Source: Thraustochytrium aureum (Eukaryota). Taken from it: a stretch of 40,439 nt of DNA. Position 1 is the first letter of the stretch, and every line of letters starts with the position of its first letter. The position numbers were made by a program, and so were the translations under genes. Positions 34,242 to 40,439 of this stretch are shown here, piece by piece. The DNA lies in contig BLSG01000428.1 in NCBI GenBank assembly GCA_012862495.1, forward strand, positions 62,001 to 102,439. The letters are read 5' to 3'. The notes under the pieces are model-generated. The model saw only the letters and a list, made by a program, of their open reading frames with translations, was not told where the DNA came from and did no database searches.

Positions 34242-34670
34242 CCCACCCGTCCGCTCGCCTGCCTATCTGCCTCGATGCGGGTCTGCAGCTCCTCCTTTCG
34301 ACCAGCAGATGACCGTTACAGGGACCCTTGACAGAATACGCAAATTCAATATCCAAACTCTTGACCATCCAATGCAGTACTAATACACTATTGAAAACAG
34401 GAAGAAGCGAGCGTTTGGGTATTGAAATACAGTTCTAGAGTATTGGAATACAGGGCTCGGAGGCGCAGGGCCTCGCCAGAGCAAGATGCTCCGACGCAGT
34501 GCGTTGACGGGTTGACTCTGCGAGGGGTGAGCGAGTGAGCGCGTGAGTGCGGGTTGGGCTGCGGCGCGCGTGCGACTCGCGCAGGAGCGCTGCTCGCACA
34601 GGCCGGCAGGGACTGTGCGTGCTGCCGTGGGCTCGCGGAAGCAAGCGCGTGGTTTGGCTGGACTCGGGAA

Positions 34671-36602
34671 ATGGTGCGCCTTGACGCGCTCGGCCTGCTG
34701 GCCCTCGCGGCCGCGGTGGTGCACGGCCAAGGCGCGTTTTTGCGGGATGGGCCGCGGCCGGCCGAGACCGCCGTGAGGGAGTCGAACGGGCTTGGGCCAG
34801 AGTTCGTGCCCCGAGGCTGGGCTGCTGGGGCCGGCCCCGAGGCGCCCCACAGAACGGGGCTTAACGCCTTGCGCAGTGGGCAGCACGCCGCGGCGCAGGG
34901 GCTTCGTGTCACCCGCACGCCGACTGTGGTCATGGATGGTCGCGCTCTCGAGGTCAGCGTGGCGTGGAGCGGGATTCGGTACACAGCCCCCAAAGATTTC
35001 GTGGGGGCATTTCCATGCATGGTCGGCGAGCCTGAAGCGGACTGTGCACCGCTCAACAGATATCCGATCCAGTTTCAACGCGTTCCAGACCCGAAGGCTG
35101 GGGCTGGCGAGGCCACGTTCCGCGTGCTTTTGCGCCCTGGGGTGCAGGGCTACCGCTTCGCCTACGTCAGCGCGGAAGTCGCGCCGTACCCGGAGGTCCA
35201 AGCTGCAACGGGCGTAGTCCGCATGCCAGCAGCCCTCCTGGCAGAGCCGTCGCAAGTCCGTCTTTCTTTGGTTGGGGATGGGGACCCGTCCTCGATGCGT
35301 GTAATGTGGTCCGAGTCCCCAGGCTCCGCCGTTGCTGACGCCGTACCTGCGTTGCGCGTTCGGGCTGGCACCAAAGCCGGGAAATACTCTGTTGAAGCAA
35401 GCGCTGCCCGGACCTATGTCTATGAGCGAGGCGACCTGTGCGAGCGCGATGTGATGCCAGCCGCCAACGTGGGCTGGGTTCGACCGGGCGTGCAAGTGGA
35501 GGCGGTCCTGGGCGGTCTTCAGCCCGACACGCGCTACTATTACGTGATCGAGGGCCCAGGACGCGTGTCTCGCGAGCGATCCTTCACGACTGGTCCGCGG
35601 GTCGGAGCGCCGACGTCCATGGTCGTCTTCGGGGACATGGGCCAATCGATGAGCGCCGTTGATGGATCTCGGCAGCACTCGTGGGACTTTGGCGGCATGG
35701 GCGAGATCTCCGCTCCAAACACCACCGTCCTCGTCGCCGAGTTGGTGGACAAGTTTGGGGCGCGCATGATCAACCACATCGGTGACATTTCGTACGCAAC
35801 CGGCGCGCTCGGGCTGTGGGACTCGTGGTTGAACGACATTGAGACCGTTTCAAGCAGGGTTGCTTACATGCCGGCAATCGGCAACCACGAGATGGGCTGG
35901 GCCGAGTCGGCTGTTCCAGGCAGCGACTCGCAGGGCGAGTGCGGCCGACCGTACGCGACGCTTTTCCCGTTCGCAAGCGCAGATTATGTCGCTCCGCAGC
36001 CCGCGGAGCGCCCCGCCTCGGTGCCGCTCAAGTCCGAGGCGTGGCGCTCCCCGTTTTACTCGTACGAGAGCGGCAACGCGCACATGACAGTCATGAGCAC
36101 AGAGCACGAGTTTGGGCCGGGCTCACCGCAGCTAGCCTGGATTGCTGCCGACCTCGCGCGAGTAAACCGCACGAGGACGCCTTGGCTCGTTTTCATCGGG
36201 CATCGGCCGATGTATGTTAGCTCGAGCTATGGAGGCGACCACGACGTCTTGGCGGCAAAGCTCCAGGAGCACGTCGAGCCGCTCTTGAGCGCCTCTGGCG
36301 TCGACATTGCCTTTTGGGGACACCATCACTCGTACCAGCGTAGCCGCCTTCTGAAGGGCGTTTTGCACATTGTCGTTGGCTCGGCTGGCGCCAAGTTTTC
36401 ACCTGTTGCCAAGGGCGGGGACCCGCATTTCGAGTTTGTCAACAACGACACCTGGGGGGTTTCCTTGGTGGAGATGCCGAACGCGACCTCTGCGCGCGTG
36501 CGCTTCTTCGAAAACCGCGGTCACGAGGTGAGGGACGACTTTTGGCTGCATCGTTCGCGAGGCGCCGTGGGGCCGCCGCAGCCGTTTGCCGCTATCGCTT
36601 GA
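34671..36602 (+). CDS. Secreted purple acid phosphatase (metallophosphoesterase)
   Basis: Signal peptide MVRLDALGLLALAAAVVHG, Fn3-like N-domain (GLQPDTRYYY), and metal motifs GDMG, HIGDISYA, GNHE, GHRPMY and GHHHSYQR. Confidence 0.93.
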   Translation: MVRLDALGLLALAAAVVHGQGAFLRDGPRPAETAVRESNGLGPEFVPRGWAAGAGPEAPHRTGLNALRSGQHAAAQGLRVTRTPTVVMDGRALEVSVAWSGIRYTAPKDFVGAFPCMVGEPEADCAPLNRYPIQFQRVPDPKAGAGEATFRVLLRPGVQGYRFAYVSAEVAPYPEVQAATGVVRMPAALLAEPSQVRLSLVGDGDPSSMRVMWSESPGSAVADAVPALRVRAGTKAGKYSVEASAARTYVYERGDLCERDVMPAANVGWVRPGVQVEAVLGGLQPDTRYYYVIEGPGRVSRERSFTTGPRVGAPTSMVVFGDMGQSMSAVDGSRQHSWDFGGMGEISAPNTTVLVAELVDKFGARMINHIGDISYATGALGLWDSWLNDIETVSSRVAYMPAIGNHEMGWAESAVPGSDSQGECGRPYATLFPFASADYVAPQPAERPASVPLKSEAWRSPFYSYESGNAHMTVMSTEHEFGPGSPQLAWIAADLARVNRTRTPWLVFIGHRPMYVSSSYGGDHDVLAAKLQEHVEPLLSASGVDIAFWGHHHSYQRSRLLKGVLHIVVGSAGAKFSPVAKGGDPHFEFVNNDTWGVSLVEMPNATSARVRFFENRGHEVRDDFWLHRSRGAVGPPQPFAAIA

Positions 36603-36913
36603 GCGGTCTTGCTCCGAGTCGATGCTCGCATAGACCTCTTCATAATAGAAANNNNNNNNNNNNNNNNNNNNNNNNNNNNNNNNNNNNNNNNNNNNNNNNN
36701 NNNNNNNNNNNNNNNNNNNNNNNNNNNNNNNNNNNNNNNNNNNNNNNNNNNNNNNNNNNNNGCAATGTACCTCTACCTTCAGTCGCCCTTTGCGCGCCCT
36801 GTTGCGTCCGTGCCCAAGAGCCGCGCAATCGAGGCGCCTTCAAGTTCTCTGGGGATCGGTTTGTTCCTGGGAGTTCCGTTGACTAACGCGACCAGAGCGG
36901 CGCTGCACTCACG

Positions 36914-37024
36914 GACGCAGATTGCGCTGCGGACGCAGGCTGCTTTGCACGAGTCCAACAGACGCAGATTGCGCTGCGGACGCACGCCGCTTTGCACGAG
37001 TCCAACAGACTCAGATTGCGTTGC
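36914..37024. repeat. 47-bp tandem repeat (about 2.4 copies) upstream of RSPH10B
   Basis: GACGCAGATTGCGCTGCGGACGCA(G/C)GC(T/C)GCTTTGCACGAGTCCAACA starting at 36914 and 36961, with a partial copy at 37008. Confidence 0.85.
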
Positions 37025-37085
37025 AAGAGACGAGCAGCAGCAACAGCAGCCGCTCCACGAGGAGGGGTTTAGCGCTCGCGTCGAA

Positions 37086-39161
37086 ATGCACGGCGGAAGC
37101 CGCGCTGGCCGAGGCGCGCTCCGCGAGCCACTGCCACCAAGCCTGATCGACGGCATTGTGATCACGAGCTACTCCGGTGAGCGGTCTGAGACCGACGGGA
37201 CATACCACAGCTTTCACGGCGAGGGCAAGGCCGAGTTCTTCGATGGCTCGGTGTTTGAAGGCTCGTTCTTCAAAGGCCAGATGCACGGCATTGGGACGCT
37301 AACCTGGACAGACGGAACCTCATACGACGGGCGGTTCAGATTCAACGTCATGGGAGGCGAAGGCAAACTGACTTGGCCCGACGGGTCAACATACTCGGGT
37401 GGGTTCGAGCTTGGCCTTCGGCACGGCAAGGGTATCTACGAGCACCCTGCCGAGCAAATAGTCTACGAAGGCGAGTTTCGCTCCTCGAAGCGACACGGGC
37501 GCGGCCGACTCTCGCACGGGAGCGGTGTCTGGTACGACGGCGAGTGGGTGGACGGAGCAAAGCACGGTACAGGAACGATGCAGTTCGCGTCGGGCGAGCG
37601 CTATGAGGGAGAGTGGCGCGACGACGTCCCCGAGGGCTTTGGTACGATGATATGGCCTCACAAGCGGGAGCGCTACATCGGGTACTGGGCTGGGGGCAAG
37701 CAGCATGGCAAGGGCCAGTACTTTTGGGAAGACGCCGACCACAGCACGACCGCAAAGTCCGCGAAGAGCAAGCCCAACTCGCTCCCACGAGCGCAGATGT
37801 GCAACCACTATGACGGCGAGTGGAAGCAAGGTGTGCGTTGCGGTCTCGGGACCTTTTTATACGCCGACGGCAGCCGCTATCACGGCGAGTGGGCCGGCAA
37901 CCTCAAGCACGGCCAGGGCGTGTACACCTTTAGTGATGGGCGGGTCTACCGCGGCACATTCGTGGAAGACAAAATGGCCGGCCCCGAGCCAGAGGCGGAC
38001 AACAAGCAAAGCGCGGCGTTCGGCACGATTGGCGTGGAGCTCGAGATAAGCGACCTTGCCCCCGGCATGGGCCCGAAGGCGCGTCGCGTGCACCGCGAGG
38101 TGGAGAACGTGCTGCTGCGCTGGAACGCCAAGCTTCGAAACATCTACATGAAGTGCAGCCAAGAGCTTCGCCCCACGCGACCGGGATCCGCTGGGCCGGA
38201 CTCGGCGCGACCGGGGCCGTCCGACCCGCTCTTCTCGATGAAGCTGTGGCAGTTTTGGGTTCTGTGCCGAGTTTGCGACATCCCGGACGAGAACCTCACG
38301 CTCGCACAGGTGGACAGAATCCTCGCCCATGTTCGCAATGTGCACGGGCACGGATACGACGAGTGCAGCGATCTTCACGACCGCGACCAGGTCGTTCTTT
38401 TTCGCGAGATGGTCGAGGCCTTGGTCCGAATTGCGCACGCAAAGTTTGCTTGCCAGTTTGAGGACGTCTCGTTGGCCATGTTGGTTTCTCGACTCATCAA
38501 CAGCAACCTGCAGCTCTTCGAGCAAGCCACCGCGGCAGAGCTGGCCGCGGTCGTCAGGCAGCTCTCTCCTGAACCGGGGCCTCGAGCCGAGGCCTTTGCT
38601 GCTTGTTGCGTTTCCGTGGAGTCGCAGGGTTGCGACCGCGTCGCCAACACGCGCAGCATTTTGCGGCGCCTCGAGCATGCGAAAATTGTGGGGGACAAGT
38701 GTGGACGGCCGTTCCGTTCGCCAACGTCCCGTACAGCCTCTCCAGAGTCTGGGACAGCGATCGAGGAGAGCAATGACCCCGGAGAGACTGACCCCGCTCA
38801 CGTGGTGCCTGAGAGCAACGAGGAGCTTGAGAAGAAGGACGCACCGCCAAATGCAGGCCTGGATATGCGACTCAAGCTCTCTGCCGCGGATGTTGCAAGG
38901 GCAATCAGGGATGCGGTCGCGGCCAGCCCAGTCCAGCGGGCCCCAGTGCTCCTCTCGGACGGAGTAGCCAACTGCGACGTGATCTCTTGCGAGTTTGAGG
39001 CCGTATTGGTTGGTTTAGTTGCGGCCATTCGCGCAGGTCTGAAAGGTCGGTTTGGCGAAGTGGACGCTCCTCTGATTGAGCAAGCTCTGGTGGATGCACT
39101 CAAGCACCCCTTCAAAGGCGACGTCGTCGAACCGCGTGGTTGCGGCCTCCCGCTTGCCTGA
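37086..39161 (+). CDS. RSPH10B: Radial spoke head 10 homolog B-like (MORN repeat protein)
   Basis: About 10 MORN repeats (YEGEF...HGxG), then CNHYDGEW, ELEISDL, LLRWNAKLRNIY, MKLWQFWVLCRVC, LTLAQVDRIL and LFREMVEALVRIA, typical of RSPH10B. Start uncertain because the frame is open back into the gap. Confidence 0.8.
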   Translation: MHGGSRAGRGALREPLPPSLIDGIVITSYSGERSETDGTYHSFHGEGKAEFFDGSVFEGSFFKGQMHGIGTLTWTDGTSYDGRFRFNVMGGEGKLTWPDGSTYSGGFELGLRHGKGIYEHPAEQIVYEGEFRSSKRHGRGRLSHGSGVWYDGEWVDGAKHGTGTMQFASGERYEGEWRDDVPEGFGTMIWPHKRERYIGYWAGGKQHGKGQYFWEDADHSTTAKSAKSKPNSLPRAQMCNHYDGEWKQGVRCGLGTFLYADGSRYHGEWAGNLKHGQGVYTFSDGRVYRGTFVEDKMAGPEPEADNKQSAAFGTIGVELEISDLAPGMGPKARRVHREVENVLLRWNAKLRNIYMKCSQELRPTRPGSAGPDSARPGPSDPLFSMKLWQFWVLCRVCDIPDENLTLAQVDRILAHVRNVHGHGYDECSDLHDRDQVVLFREMVEALVRIAHAKFACQFEDVSLAMLVSRLINSNLQLFEQATAAELAAVVRQLSPEPGPRAEAFAACCVSVESQGCDRVANTRSILRRLEHAKIVGDKCGRPFRSPTSRTASPESGTAIEESNDPGETDPAHVVPESNEELEKKDAPPNAGLDMRLKLSAADVARAIRDAVAASPVQRAPVLLSDGVANCDVISCEFEAVLVGLVAAIRAGLKGRFGEVDAPLIEQALVDALKHPFKGDVVEPRGCGLPLA

Positions 39162-39177
39162 TTTCGTGCGGGTGCAG

Positions 39178-39864
39178 TTATGAGTTTCCATAATTTTTCA
39201 AAGAAGCGATGGAGCTCAGTTCTACAACTAGGCCTACTTGAGGTTGTGGCCGACGAGCCGGGCGGAGCCGACTCCCGCGATCCACGGCACTATCCCCAAA
39301 CTGGCTGGAAGCAGCCAGGCGATTCTCGCGATCCCAATCGCGCATTTGAAGTGAGGCTTCAAGAGTCGAGTCTGTGGGCAGGTCTTTGTTGGCTTCGAAC
39401 AAGCCCACCATGTGCCCGTCCGGGGCACGAATCGAGGCAACCTTGCCCTGAACAGGGTACTTGATGGGTCCGTCCAGGCGTCCGCCTTGCATGACAAGCT
39501 TGGTTATGGTTGAGTCCATGTCTTCCACGTCAAAGTGCAGGAGAGGGCTGTACCCCGTCGAGCAATCAGCCTCTCTTCGGGTCTCTCCGTGCGCGTCAGC
39601 AAACTCTACAAGCGCAGGCCAAACACAGGCGCGCGAGCCGCCGCGTGCTGGCCAAGGGACTCACCGTTCCACGGCTTGCAGAGCCAGGCAAGGAACGCTG
39701 CTCAGGTCGCCCGTGTGGGACATTTGCGGCGGCTCAAGTGCAAGCTTGGCAAACTGGTCTGTCGCGTAGAGTACAGGTAGGCCGAGCCCCTCTTCGCCAT
39801 AGAAGCGCACACCGGCTGGCACGTCCCGCAGCAGCACGAGCACTTGTCGGAACCGCGCGGCCAT
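39178..39864 (-). CDS. VOC/glyoxalase-family protein, 2 exons (39864-39665, 39574-39178)
   Basis: MAARFRQVLVLLRDVPAGVRFYGEEGLGL... joined by a 90-nt intron (GTGAGT at 39664, GCTGAC branch, AAG ending 39575) to EADCSTGYSPLLHFDVEDMDSTITKLVMQGGRLDGPIKYPVQGKVASIRAPDGHMVGLFE. Confidence 0.87.
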
Positions 39865-40111
39865 TCTCCCCGAGGCCTTTGCTCCGCCGCTCTTGCGGCT
39901 CGAAGGGCTCTTTTTGTGGGCCAGTGAAAACGTACAGAATGCCCCGAGACGCGCTCGATCCCTCAGCGCGCACCTCATCAGGATCAATCTCTGTGGAGTC
40001 TCTCTAGCTAGAGTTAGCGACGAGTGCATGTGGAGGGCCACCTGCACGTAGCTGGAGGTTCTCGAGCGGATTGGCTTCTCGGCGCGCCTCCAGGACGAAG
40101 GGAGAGTCGCC

Positions 40112-40439
40112 TCAGCGCAAGGGTGAAGGCGGCTCAGGCGATGCCGCCAGAGCCACACGAGCCACCGAAGTCTGCTCCACTGGGTAAACATACGACGACG
40201 CGCGAAAGACCGTCGCCGAGGTGGGTGCTGTCGATTTCGTTCCTTTGAGCAAACCCCTAACCTTGAATCGTCCCTCCTCGACAGTCGAGCACCGTGCGAG
40301 TAGCTTGTCCAAGGTTTCGCCAAGGTCTGACAAAAGGTGTTCGATGTTGGCCTGACGCGACACTCGGGCGATATAGACGAGATACATTTGCGAAAACACG
40401 ATGATTGTCGCGGCCATGATCGTCCCAAAGAAAAGCACG
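40112..40439 (-). CDS. 3' end of a hypothetical membrane protein entering from beyond the window
   Basis: Open frame with a hydrophobic segment LFFGTIMAATIIVFSQMYLVYIA followed by a helical stretch. No family recognised. Confidence 0.45.
   Translation of the reverse strand, partial: VLFFGTIMAATIIVFSQMYLVYIARVSRQANIEHLLSDLGETLDKLLARCSTVEEGRFKVRGLLKGTKSTAPTSATVFRASSYVYPVEQTSVARVALAASPEPPSPLR

Overview
Gene-dense, GC-rich eukaryotic nuclear DNA from a draft scaffold with eight N-gaps. It comes from a flagellated protist; a stramenopile, possibly a labyrinthulomycete, is my inference from gene content and the short GT-AG introns with CTRAC branch points. There are about 21 protein genes: OTU deubiquitinase (partial, absent from the ORF track), cystathionine beta-synthase, a possible BROMI/TBC1D32-like helical protein, PHYHD1, the fluoride exporter FEX, CFAP69, a BART-domain protein, DBP2/DDX5, a predicted mitochondrial membrane protein, a SAP-like/RING E3, a bacterial-type class II aldolase-SDR fusion, a bacterial-type family II (DHH) pyrophosphatase, an unknown 4-TM protein, ZDHHC3/7-like, KIN17, WDR19/IFT144, purple acid phosphatase, RSPH10B, a VOC/glyoxalase-family protein and a partial membrane-protein 3' end. 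There are also two identical divergent tRNA-Thr(CGT) genes. Most notable observations: (1) a predicted 2-nt microexon (CAG|GT|GTAAGT) between two canonical 93/95-nt introns, in a gene whose product loosely resembles the mitochondrial calcium uniporter; (2) a 737-nt structured intron in DBP2, where the other introns are 86-98 nt; (3) two bacterial-type metabolic enzymes with added modules; (4) an EF-hand loop inserted in CFAP69. Eight single-base frameshifts in conserved genes, at short homopolymers, look like sequencing errors. All gene calls come from motif recognition by eye; no database search was run.
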